NCBI GenBank assembly: GCA_036336595.1
Contig: JAYZFV010000034.1
Span: 1 to 58,395 of the forward strand
DNA from: Thermoplasmatota archaeon
GTDB lineage: Archaea; Thermoplasmatota; Poseidoniia; Poseidoniales; Thalassarchaeaceae
DNA length: 58,395 bases
Direction: 5' to 3'
Positions 28,345 through 36,842 of this stretch are shown here, piece by piece. Made by a program: the position numbers and the translations under genes. Below the pieces are notes generated by a model. The model was given only the letters and a program-made list of their open reading frames with translations. It did not search any database and was not told where the DNA came from. The first letter of the stretch is position 1. Each line of letters begins with the position of its first letter.

Positions 28345-29021
28345 CAGTGACCACCTCCGACTGGGATAAGACGTGATTCCTCGGTTAGTGAGTTGAGGCG
28401 TCTACGAACCTCCAGTATGCCACCTAAGTCGCCATCTATCCACATCCTGCCGTTATCAGCGACAACGATCCTGCATTCGGTATCCTCCTTTAATTGACGT
28501 AGCGAATTGCCGCCCCTGCCAATCAGCCTACCAAGCAGATGTGGGTCTATCTCCTCGATGACGCCAGAGCGAATCTTCCTCAGCCCCATGCCCTTCATCG
28601 TGACGACGCTAGAGTGGGTTTCTTCGACTTCCTGAACCCTGCAAAGAATCGCCTCACCGATGTCCATCACGGAGCGTGTGCCACCAAACTCGACCTTGCC
28701 AGGACCGAGACTCATGGGAAGAATCGCGTTGAATGGTGCACCGAGTTCAACGAACCATATGTTGTTCGTGCACCCCTCGATGAAACCTATTGCTAAGTCG
28801 CTCGGTCTGGGGATGTACCTTGTATGCAGCGGCTCAACCGTTACCGTGCTGCCCTTATGCATCATTCTGCCTTGTTTTGTAGCCCGAAGCCTGCCCTCCA
28901 TGACGAGTACGCCATGGCCGGCTTCTTGGCCTTTCGATTCTCCTAGGTCCTCCCCAGGAACGACGATGGATTCGGCTCGTCGAGTATCTCGCGGTCCGCC
29001 CGCGCCATTCTTCTTGCTCAT
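28344..29021 (-). CDS. rrp4: Exosome RNA-binding protein Rrp4
   Basis: VVPGEDL, YIPRPSD, an S1 domain, and a KH domain (RLIGRGG..VADNGRMWI). Confidence 0.92.
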   Translation of the reverse strand: MSKKNGAGGPRDTRRAESIVVPGEDLGESKGQEAGHGVLVMEGRLRATKQGRMMHKGSTVTVEPLHTRYIPRPSDLAIGFIEGCTNNIWFVELGAPFNAILPMSLGPGKVEFGGTRSVMDIGEAILCRVQEVEETHSSVVTMKGMGLRKIRSGVIEEIDPHLLGRLIGRGGNSLRQLKEDTECRIVVADNGRMWIDGDLGGILEVRRRLNSLTEESRLIPVGGGH

Positions 29022-29085
29022 GTTATCGAGCCGCGCGACCGGCCGGCCGTTCATAACCGTTGATGCCGTTAGGATGGTGTCGAAA

Positions 29086-29775
29086 TCAGTCCAATTCCCT
29101 GACCTCGACGTCGGATGAGCGCTTAGCGACCTTGTCGATGAGATCGTTCTTCATCCCACCGGGAACGGTAACTATGCAGGCCCATGTGCCGTCGCTCAGC
29201 CACTCTTCCCTCTGAATGGAGTCCCTGAGCATTTGATGAACTCCACCGTAGTCCTTTCCTTGAATTTTAAAGGCGAGGCGCACAGTGATGAATTGGAGAG
29301 GAATCAGCGGCCTCAGAGCCGCGACAGCATCCTCAACCTGACTTTCTGTCGATTTGAACGGGTCCACTGGGAAGCGTACCTCGTCCAGCGCGGTCTCGAT
29401 CCTAGTGTGGGGGTGTGGCAGCTTGGTCTTCGGGTCCGTGGCTGTGCTAGCGATCTGGGTGACAATCTGGCGCTTCTTATCCTCAACCATTCGACGCCTT
29501 TGCATTGTGGTCAGTTGAATTGAGCCCTCCCCCAGTATCCTGGTGACGCACGTGCCGAGGTCAGTGGTGCCAAAAACTCGTTCCAGAGAATCGCTCGTAG
29601 GCCTGTCCCCGCCTTTGGCATCGGACCAAACCTCATCGATTGCAAGCAGGTCATTGAGAGACACCGAATCAGGATCCTCCTTCCAATCGTCGACGAGTTC
29701 GGGGTCAACTAGGATCTCGTAGCGAGCTCCTCCCTTCTCGAGGCGGGCAAGCACCGCATCGTCGAGGCTGACCAT
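29086..29775 (-). CDS. sdo1: Ribosome maturation factor SBDS/Sdo1
   Basis: MVSLDDAVLARL..RYEILVDP, FGTTD, GSIQLT and DPKTKLPHP motifs. Confidence 0.95.
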   Translation of the reverse strand: MVSLDDAVLARLEKGGARYEILVDPELVDDWKEDPDSVSLNDLLAIDEVWSDAKGGDRPTSDSLERVFGTTDLGTCVTRILGEGSIQLTTMQRRRMVEDKKRQIVTQIASTATDPKTKLPHPHTRIETALDEVRFPVDPFKSTESQVEDAVAALRPLIPLQFITVRLAFKIQGKDYGGVHQMLRDSIQREEWLSDGTWACIVTVPGGMKNDLIDKVAKRSSDVEVRELD

Positions 29776-29813
29776 GGTTGCCCAGCGGGGAGTGTGGCTT
29801 AGAGGGTGGGGTC

Positions 29814-30524
29814 TCAGGACAGTTTATCCAAGTGCTTGAGAGTTGTTGCCGTGTCCATCTTGCTGTAGCCGTCATTGTCAACTGAGGCGATTTCGACGGT
29901 TTCGGGGTTCAAGTCATCCTCAAGGGACTCTCGCAGAGCCAGTAGTCCGAGTTTGATAGCGGCGTTCTTGGTCATCCCCGCCTTCCACTTGCCCTCGAAG
30001 TGATCGATCACTGAGGAACGGCCACGGCCAATCGCGCCTGCGTGGTACGATTGGTATGCACCAGAGGGATCGGTCTCGTAAAGGTGGACGCCCTCTTCAT
30101 CTATTCCTGCGATTAGCAAGGCGGTTCCGAACGGCCTGGCTCCACCGTACTGAGTGAAGGACTGCTTGTAGTCGCACATCTTCTTGACGAGCGTGGATAC
30201 CGGGATGGCATCTCCGTAGGTCATGCGATTGATCTGGCATTGAACCCGTGCTCTGTCGACGAGTTGGCGAGCGTCGGCTACTAGGCCCGAGGTGGTGATG
30301 CCGATGTGGTTATCGATCTGGTACATCTTCTCTATGGAGTCCGTGATAACGAGCTTGCTCTGAATCCTCTTGTCGACGATAAGGACCACGCCGTCCTTGT
30401 AGATTATTCCAACAGTAGTGGTACCCCTCTTTACAGACTCTCTCGCATACTCAACCTGATAGAGCCTGCCATCCGGGGAGAACGTCGACACTCCATGGTC
30501 GTAACCTCGTCCGCTGGGTTGCAT
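29814..30524 (-). CDS. psmA: Proteasome alpha subunit
   Basis: YD..STFSPDGRLYQVEYA, SGLVADAR, RPFG and TDPSG motifs. Confidence 0.97.
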   Translation of the reverse strand: MQPSGRGYDHGVSTFSPDGRLYQVEYARESVKRGTTTVGIIYKDGVVLIVDKRIQSKLVITDSIEKMYQIDNHIGITTSGLVADARQLVDRARVQCQINRMTYGDAIPVSTLVKKMCDYKQSFTQYGGARPFGTALLIAGIDEEGVHLYETDPSGAYQSYHAGAIGRGRSSVIDHFEGKWKAGMTKNAAIKLGLLALRESLEDDLNPETVEIASVDNDGYSKMDTATTLKHLDKLS

Positions 30525-30622
30525 CTGAATCGGCCCCATGCCTGAATGGACTCTTATCAATCTTGGTTGGGAGGGGACTCAGTCAGGGTGCCATTCATGG
30601 TGTTGCGACGACTAGGCGAACC

Positions 30623-31378
30623 ATGAGGGTAGCAGTGCTAGCATCGGGAGGGAAGGATTCGTCCTACGCAGCCTGGTGGGCTACATTGCAGGGATGGGAC
30701 ATTGTGGCTCTTGTGACCGTGGGGGTCCAAAGCAGCGACTCGATGATGTTCCAGACGCAGAACACTGCAATTGCAGGGCTTCAGGCCGCCTCGATGGGGG
30801 TTCCGTGGCTGCCGGTTACCACTATTGGGGTGGAGAAACAGGAGATGCTCGACCTAGAGCGGGGGCTGTCTGGTTCCTACTCGGTCGGAGATTCCTTCCA
30901 GACCATGTGGCCAGAGTCGTTCACACGTCCCGATTGCTTGGAGTTGCACGATGGTTTAGTTGAAATCGACGGTTTGGTGGTTGGCGCACTCCGTTCCGAC
31001 TACCAGAAAACCAACATCGAGATGATGTGCGATAGACTGGGAATATCGTCATTCTGCCCCCTCTGGCATAATAGGCCACAAAATCACATGAGATCGCTCT
31101 TGGACCATGGCTTCGTCGTCAGATTCACCTCTGTCTCGTGCGAGGGGCTGGATGAGGGTTGGCTCGGCGTAGCCCTGACCGATCATACCCTCAGGGACCT
31201 CGAAGGTCTAGCTAGAGAGTTCCGCTTCAACCTCGACGGAGAGGGTGGTGAGTTCGAGACGATTGTTACCCGAGGACCCCACCTCAAGCGGGAAATTTCC
31301 TGCGACGGCGATCCATGTTGGGAAGGCAGCAGGGGCGTCTGGGTCATGCGTTCTTGCAGTCTAAACGAGCATCGTTAG
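30623..31378 (+). CDS. dph6: Diphthine--ammonia ligase (PP-loop ATPase)
   Basis: SGGKDSS, DSMMF, GALRSDYQ, PLWH and GEGGEFET motifs. Confidence 0.85.
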   Translation: MRVAVLASGGKDSSYAAWWATLQGWDIVALVTVGVQSSDSMMFQTQNTAIAGLQAASMGVPWLPVTTIGVEKQEMLDLERGLSGSYSVGDSFQTMWPESFTRPDCLELHDGLVEIDGLVVGALRSDYQKTNIEMMCDRLGISSFCPLWHNRPQNHMRSLLDHGFVVRFTSVSCEGLDEGWLGVALTDHTLRDLEGLAREFRFNLDGEGGEFETIVTRGPHLKREISCDGDPCWEGSRGVWVMRSCSLNEHR

Positions 31379-31419
31379 ACTCAAACAGGGGTCTATGGTC
31401 GGCTCAGTCTGAGGATTCC

Positions 31420-32769
31420 ATGCCAGTGTCCCCAATCGACTACAGATATGGGCGGGATGAAGCCAAGGAAATCTGGTCACGAGATGGTCGTCACGCTAGG
31501 CTTCTTGAGGTCGAGAGGGCCTTGGTGTGGGCCCACTGCCAAATGGGCAGGGTTTCCGCTGAGGACTACGACGCTATCGCGGACGTCTCTGATCCCGGGA
31601 TAGTGACTGCGGATAGGGTGGATGAGCTGGAGGCCGAGACCCGTCACGATATCATGGCCTTGACCAAGGCCATGGCCGAGGCTGCTGGTGACGCAGGATG
31701 GTGCATACACCTAGGTGCAACCAGCAACGACATCACAGATTCAGCAGTGGCGCTTCAAATCAAGGACAGCATAGACCTACAGCGAGATACGATTTCAGGG
31801 CTCATTCTCACTATGTGTGACATAGCCGAGAGGGAGAGGGACACGGTAATGCTAGGCAGGACGCATGGCCAGGCAGCGGTACCAATTACCTTCGGTCTCA
31901 AAGTGGCAGTTTGGGTAGACGAGTTCAGGAGGCACCTCGATCGTCTCGACGAGATGGCATCGCGCTGCACTACCGGCAAGTTCCTCGGTGCCGTTGGGAC
32001 CGGAGCAGCGCAGGGTGAGAGGGCTCTCGAACTACAGGACTTGGTCATGGGCGAGCTTGGTCTAGAATCACCGGTCGCAACCACCCAGGTAGTAGGCAGA
32101 GACCGTTACATCGAATGGGTGGGGTGGATGGCTAACGTCGCAACGAGCGTAGAGAAGGTGCTTCAGGAGGTCAGGAATCTCCAGAGAACGGAGATTTCTG
32201 AGGTATCGGAGGCCTTCGATTCGGAGAAGCAGGTCGGTTCTTCCACCATGGCTCACAAAAGGAATCCCATTACGGCTGAGAATGCCTGTGGTCTTGCACG
32301 AATAGTGCGTTCTATGATTGTGCCTTCGTACGAGAACGCCCTGTTGTGGCACGAACGAGATCTGGCCAACTCCTCCAGTGAGAGGTTCACTCTCTCCCAC
32401 TCCATGATCCTGCTGGATGACATCATTGCCAAGTGCGACAGCGTCCTCTCGAGCATGGAGGTCGACTCGGAGAGAATGAGAGAAAACATCGAAAGTCAAA
32501 ATGGCCTGATAATGGCGGAGAAGGTCATGCTAGAACTCGTCGATAGGGGAATGGCGAGGGAAGAAGCACACGAAGCCCTGAGGAAGGCTTCCCTAGACGC
32601 TGTTGACCAAAGCCTCCACCTTGAGGATGCCTGTAGAGGCTCGAAGGTAATTAGCGGTATAATTGAAGGTGCCAGCCTGAGCGCTCTGTTCGACCCGAGG
32701 TCACATCTTGGGTCATCGGGTGAAGTCGTCGATCTCGCTGTTGGGAAGGCTAGGGACCGTTGCTCATAG
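31420..32769 (+). CDS. purB: Adenylosuccinate lyase
   Basis: SPIDYRY, TRHDI, HLGATSND, GRTHGQ and GSSTMAHKRNP motifs. Confidence 0.96.
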   Translation: MPVSPIDYRYGRDEAKEIWSRDGRHARLLEVERALVWAHCQMGRVSAEDYDAIADVSDPGIVTADRVDELEAETRHDIMALTKAMAEAAGDAGWCIHLGATSNDITDSAVALQIKDSIDLQRDTISGLILTMCDIAERERDTVMLGRTHGQAAVPITFGLKVAVWVDEFRRHLDRLDEMASRCTTGKFLGAVGTGAAQGERALELQDLVMGELGLESPVATTQVVGRDRYIEWVGWMANVATSVEKVLQEVRNLQRTEISEVSEAFDSEKQVGSSTMAHKRNPITAENACGLARIVRSMIVPSYENALLWHERDLANSSSERFTLSHSMILLDDIIAKCDSVLSSMEVDSERMRENIESQNGLIMAEKVMLELVDRGMAREEAHEALRKASLDAVDQSLHLEDACRGSKVISGIIEGASLSALFDPRSHLGSSGEVVDLAVGKARDRCS

Positions 32770-33006
32770 TAGCGTTGGGATCAACAGGGCCAAAGCAGTC
32801 ACGGTAGCGACTACGAAAAGCAGCATGATCATGGCGTGAGGCCCGAATTGGTTCACGTCTTTCAGAGCGACTCGGAGGAACCCCGCCTCAAGAACGCCCT
32901 TGATCATGGGGGCATCCGTCTCCTCGAAATCAGGAAGTGGGCGACGGGGGATTCGCTCGCTTGCGCTGGCGGATCCGCCTGAGCGTGATTTGGAAGACTT
33001 GGCCAC
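32764..33006 (-). CDS. Small tail-anchored membrane protein, hypothetical
   Basis: 80 aa with a C-terminal hydrophobic helix and a GTG start preceded by GGGAG. Confidence 0.55.
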   Translation of the reverse strand: MAKSSKSRSGGSASASERIPRRPLPDFEETDAPMIKGVLEAGFLRVALKDVNQFGPHAMIMLLFVVATVTALALLIPTLL

Positions 33007-33062
33007 GGTTCTCCCATACGGTATCGATGATTATCCTTCTTGCACTATTATCTAGAAAACGG

Positions 33063-33311
33063 TCATTCACCATCGTGCTTGTTTCTGGCCTGCTGTAGTA
33101 GGTCCTCCAGATCTTCCAGTGCATCCTCGTCTGGTTCCATTAGGATCTCGGGGTTCTTGGCGGCACCGCTGTAATGGTCGTCGATTCCTCCCTCCTTCAC
33201 TCTTCGACGCTGCCTAAGTCTAAGGAGGAGCCAGATAAGCGCGCCGGCCGTACCAAGGAGGATGAGGTTGACGGCGAGCTCTGTGGGTGTCGCCATGGGG
33301 GGAAATTCCAA
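33063..33311 (-). CDS. Small single-pass membrane protein, hypothetical
   Basis: N-terminal TM helix followed by RLRQRRR and an acidic tail. Directly follows tiaS. Confidence 0.55.
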   Translation of the reverse strand: MEFPPMATPTELAVNLILLGTAGALIWLLLRLRQRRRVKEGGIDDHYSGAAKNPEILMEPDEDALEDLEDLLQQARNKHDGE

Positions 33312-33321
33312 GGACTCGGTA

Positions 33322-34599
33322 TTACGTTATCCTAGTGATGGGGCCAAGGGAGATGGGGCGGGCCAGATGACGACGGTTTGAGGCCGTTGGCTCTACCCAA
33401 GAACCAGAGGTTGGAGGGTGCTGGAGACCGGGTCGACGGCTCGTCCACGCCTTCTTCTCAATACTACCGCAGGTTCTGCATCTGAGACCTTGGTTCCTTC
33501 CTGCGCTCCTCATGGTATTGGAACAGCAAACCGGCCTACTGACTATCCTTGGAGTGGGGCAGTCTAGGCATAGTTTCTCCAGGTGAATCGAACCATCGGG
33601 AGAGGCTAGTCCCGTCCAACTTACGATGTCACCGGGCAACAGTCTCCTCAGCAGTCTGTTGACCGGACCACCCTCGGAGAACGCCACCAACGTGACGGGG
33701 CGGGATCCGGTGAATGCTACCAAGTGTGAATGCCCGCCTTTAGTCTCCTTTGGCCTTGACACGATCGTTCCGGTCATCGAAGATGCGATGTGGTCGTCCG
33801 AAAGTTGGTTTGTCCTGTGTGCCGCATGTTCTGCGCATCGCTCGACGTCTGCCCTGCTCTGCAGCCATTCGTGGGCCTGGGAGACTGCTTGTGAGGTGGC
33901 ACCCCTGATGCCATAGAGCACGGGGCATGGCGTCCTAGGAGCAATCAACCCCCTACCCTTGGTGGGATCCCTGTTGACGAAGGTATCAGGGTGGAACTCC
34001 TCGAGCTCGGAGATGGCCCGGTGATCGACCTCTCTCCTCGTTCCGACCAAGGATGGCTCCCTCCATGCAATCAGTTCCCAGGAGGATGAGAGACTAGGAA
34101 TCCAAGAAACCGCAGCGCTCGCTCCCACTACACCCCAGGACGACAGGGATGAGAATACGATGCAGCCATGCTCGGTCGCCTCTCTAAGTCGGGAAGGGGC
34201 ATCGACGTGCCCACGTACCGCCGACCAATACCACTCCTCGGGGGTAGAAGTGGGCGAGATGAGCATGCAGGGAGAGGGGGCATACTTGGTTGGGGGGAAC
34301 TTCTCCACTTCGGAAAGCAGGACCTCGAACCATTCACGGCAGATGGCCAATAAGGCCTCGTGTTCCCCCTTATCGAGGTCGATAACTACACCCAGCGCGC
34401 CGTTGCCCCGGGTCCTCCTCTCGGCGAAGGGCCATAGTCGCACCAGCCTCCTCTCCACCACCTCGACGTCAAGGGCACTTCGAATGGTACGAATGAGATT
34501 GTCCATCCTCTCAGTCGTGCAGCCAACTGCGGGATGGTCCGTGTCGTCTAACCCGATTCTAATCAAACGGGATGGGGTGCCATCACTCATTCCCATCAC
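33322..34599 (-). CDS. tiaS: tRNA(Ile2) 2-agmatinylcytidine synthetase
   Basis: IGLDDTD...GCTT, LVRL...TRGNGA, PCPVLYGIRG, TNQ.SDDH, GGH, a C-terminal Zn ribbon and RRHLARP. Confidence 0.92.
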   Translation of the reverse strand: MMGMSDGTPSRLIRIGLDDTDHPAVGCTTERMDNLIRTIRSALDVEVVERRLVRLWPFAERRTRGNGALGVVIDLDKGEHEALLAICREWFEVLLSEVEKFPPTKYAPSPCMLISPTSTPEEWYWSAVRGHVDAPSRLREATEHGCIVFSSLSSWGVVGASAAVSWIPSLSSSWELIAWREPSLVGTRREVDHRAISELEEFHPDTFVNRDPTKGRGLIAPRTPCPVLYGIRGATSQAVSQAHEWLQSRADVERCAEHAAHRTNQLSDDHIASSMTGTIVSRPKETKGGHSHLVAFTGSRPVTLVAFSEGGPVNRLLRRLLPGDIVSWTGLASPDGSIHLEKLCLDCPTPRIVSRPVCCSNTMRSAGRNQGLRCRTCGSIEKKAWTSRRPGLQHPPTSGSWVEPTASNRRHLARPISLGPITRIT

Positions 34600-35239
34600 C
34601 CAAGATGATTTCGACTACGCTGGCCAGGCCCAATGAGGAATCGCACCTTATCCCCCTGACGCCGTGGGATGCCGCTGCGCCCATGTCAGCATTGCGATCC
34701 CCGACCAACACTGAAGTGGATTCGTCGGGTCTATTCAACCACTCACTTCCATAGAGAATCCCGACTTCAGACCCGGGATTAGAATTAGCGGAATCGAGCA
34801 ATTGGCGACCTGCCTCAAGCATTCCTGGGTTGGGTTTGCGAGCCCATGAGCCATCCCAAGGGGCGTAGGGGCTATAGAGGATCAGATCGAGGACAGCGTC
34901 ATCATCCCCACTCTGCAGGATGCTACGGAGTCGCTGGTGAATGTCGGCCAGATTTTCATGTCCCCAGTGCCCGCGTCCGATTGGTGACTGGTTTGTCACC
35001 ACGCAAATTCGGAAACCGGCACGCCTCAATCTGCCTAGAGCTGTATCAGCACTGGGAAGAAGTACTACTTCTCCGGGGGCGTTGACGTATTCCTCCGATC
35101 CAACGTTCAGCACCCCGTCCCTGTCCAGGTAGGCGATTTGCCCCTCCCATTCCCGGGACGAGGGTAGCTGTGCGAGTTCGAGCGGTGCGTCGAGGGGTGA
35201 GCCGTCTCTGTGGGGGGGGAGAATCTGCTCACAACCCAT
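34583..35239 (-). CDS. gmhB: GmhB-like HAD-IIIA phosphatase (heptose bisphosphate phosphatase family)
   Basis: LDRDGVLN, VVTNQS.IGRG, RKPNPGML and VGDRNAD motifs. Coupled to a GmhA-like gene. Confidence 0.75.
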   Translation of the reverse strand: MGCEQILPPHRDGSPLDAPLELAQLPSSREWEGQIAYLDRDGVLNVGSEEYVNAPGEVVLLPSADTALGRLRRAGFRICVVTNQSPIGRGHWGHENLADIHQRLRSILQSGDDDAVLDLILYSPYAPWDGSWARKPNPGMLEAGRQLLDSANSNPGSEVGILYGSEWLNRPDESTSVLVGDRNADMGAAASHGVRGIRCDSSLGLASVVEIILGDGNE

Positions 35240-35798
35240 GATTCGACTTGATTGCCTCTTTGACGATGTGGTTGATGATTAACTGGAGGTCTTCGATTCG
35301 CTCCATCGAATGAGAGGGCACGACGATAGCGACATCGACCATGTCGGCGAGCTTGCCACCGCCCATTCCACTGTAGTCACCCGTTACTGCTGCCGTCCTG
35401 CATCCATTCTCCATGGCGAAACGGATCCCATTCAGAACGTTAGGAGAGTTGCCCGAGCCACTGAACCCGACGACTAAGTCGCCATCTCGCAAGAAGGTCG
35501 AGAGTTGGCCCACGAACACGTTCTCATAATCGGTGTCGTTGGCCCATGCAGTCAGAGAAGGGATGTTGTCCACGTGAGAAATAGTCCTCAGTGACAGTTC
35601 CTTGGACCAGTCGCCCGCGCTATGTGACGGTGTGCCCGCGCTTCCACCATTGCCGATGAAGTGGACAGTCCCACCTAAATCCCGTGTGGACTCAACGAGA
35701 TTCCAGAACTCCTCGAGTGAGTCCAGGGGCATTCGACCTAGCGTGTCGACGAGTTCGTTGACGTAGAACTCGGCAAAAGAGCGGAAGTCGAAGACCAT
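35229..35798 (-). CDS. gmhA: GmhA-like SIS-domain phosphoheptose isomerase
   Basis: GNGGSA..SH, LTAWAND..Y..F..QL, SGSGNSPNV, GGKL and IED....H motifs. Confidence 0.75.
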   Translation of the reverse strand: MVFDFRSFAEFYVNELVDTLGRMPLDSLEEFWNLVESTRDLGGTVHFIGNGGSAGTPSHSAGDWSKELSLRTISHVDNIPSLTAWANDTDYENVFVGQLSTFLRDGDLVVGFSGSGNSPNVLNGIRFAMENGCRTAAVTGDYSGMGGGKLADMVDVAIVVPSHSMERIEDLQLIINHIVKEAIKSNHGL

Positions 35799-35858
35799 GG
35801 GTACCTGTTTGGGCGGGCGAGGGCATCCTATTTACGGGTTGATGACAGGAACGGGACT

Positions 35859-36842
35859 ATGGAGGACCCCATAGGGGCGGTAGTCGGCTCGCTCGCATCT
35901 TCACTAGGCATTGCTGAGGTGACGATGCAACTCATTATCGGCGCCGTGGGACTGATGCTGCTCGGAATTGGTTTCCACCGGAGCACGGAATCATATGCAG
36001 ATCGCGCCGCCATCGCCGGATGGCCCTTGATCGGCCTGTTCTTCTACCTCTACTCCGGTCACTATGTGGAGATTGCTGACCCAGTTCTGATTCTCATGAC
36101 GGCTGGGGCGTTACCTGCTGGAATTTGGATGTCAGTTTGGGAAGCGAGGGGCGAGACCGTTCACTCAGGAACCCTGCAGTGGTTAAGGGGGTGTGTGGTG
36201 GGGTCAATGGTGCCATACTATGCCGTTTACAACATCCCCCTACTCAACATGGGCTTCGTGTACGTTACTGCACTGAGCGCAGGGTGGATGTTGGAGTTCG
36301 CCGGAATAGGGGGCTATGGGGTGGGAGTCATGATGGTAGAGAGATTCGGCGAGGCACCCATTCCCGTCTCGGACTGGGCGGGCAACAGATGGGTCCTCAG
36401 CGAACCCCTGGGGGAGACCGGTTTCTTCATCGCAATGAACAATAGCGAGGGATTGACTGTAGTCGCCTTCATCTTCGCGTGCTCTGCCCTGCAGTCCATG
36501 GCCGTTTTCATTGGGGCGATCGTTGCACTAAGCTCTGTTCACTGGAAGAGGAGGGTGCGAGCGCTACTCATCGCACTACCCACTATCCATGTCCTAAACG
36601 TCTTCAGGAACGCTGGGATAGTTTGGCTGACAGACACTTACCCGAATTGGTCCTTCTTCGGTATCGGCATGTTTGACTTTGCCCACAGCTATGCCGCCAA
36701 GTTCGCAAGCCTATTCGCGATGTTTCTGATGGCAATCGCTCTGTTTGACCTGCTGCCAGAACTCCACAGGCACATTATGAGGGTGTTGAATCCGCTGATG
36801 GCTGCTTTGGGGTCCAAACCGGCTTCATCAGACCATCCTTGA
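35859..36842 (+). CDS. artA: Archaeosortase A-like intramembrane transpeptidase
   Basis: Multi-TM protein with catalytic ACSALQSM, LNVFRN and FDFAH...K. A PGF-CTERM substrate lies in the same window. Confidence 0.85.
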   Translation: MEDPIGAVVGSLASSLGIAEVTMQLIIGAVGLMLLGIGFHRSTESYADRAAIAGWPLIGLFFYLYSGHYVEIADPVLILMTAGALPAGIWMSVWEARGETVHSGTLQWLRGCVVGSMVPYYAVYNIPLLNMGFVYVTALSAGWMLEFAGIGGYGVGVMMVERFGEAPIPVSDWAGNRWVLSEPLGETGFFIAMNNSEGLTVVAFIFACSALQSMAVFIGAIVALSSVHWKRRVRALLIALPTIHVLNVFRNAGIVWLTDTYPNWSFFGIGMFDFAHSYAAKFASLFAMFLMAIALFDLLPELHRHIMRVLNPLMAALGSKPASSDHP

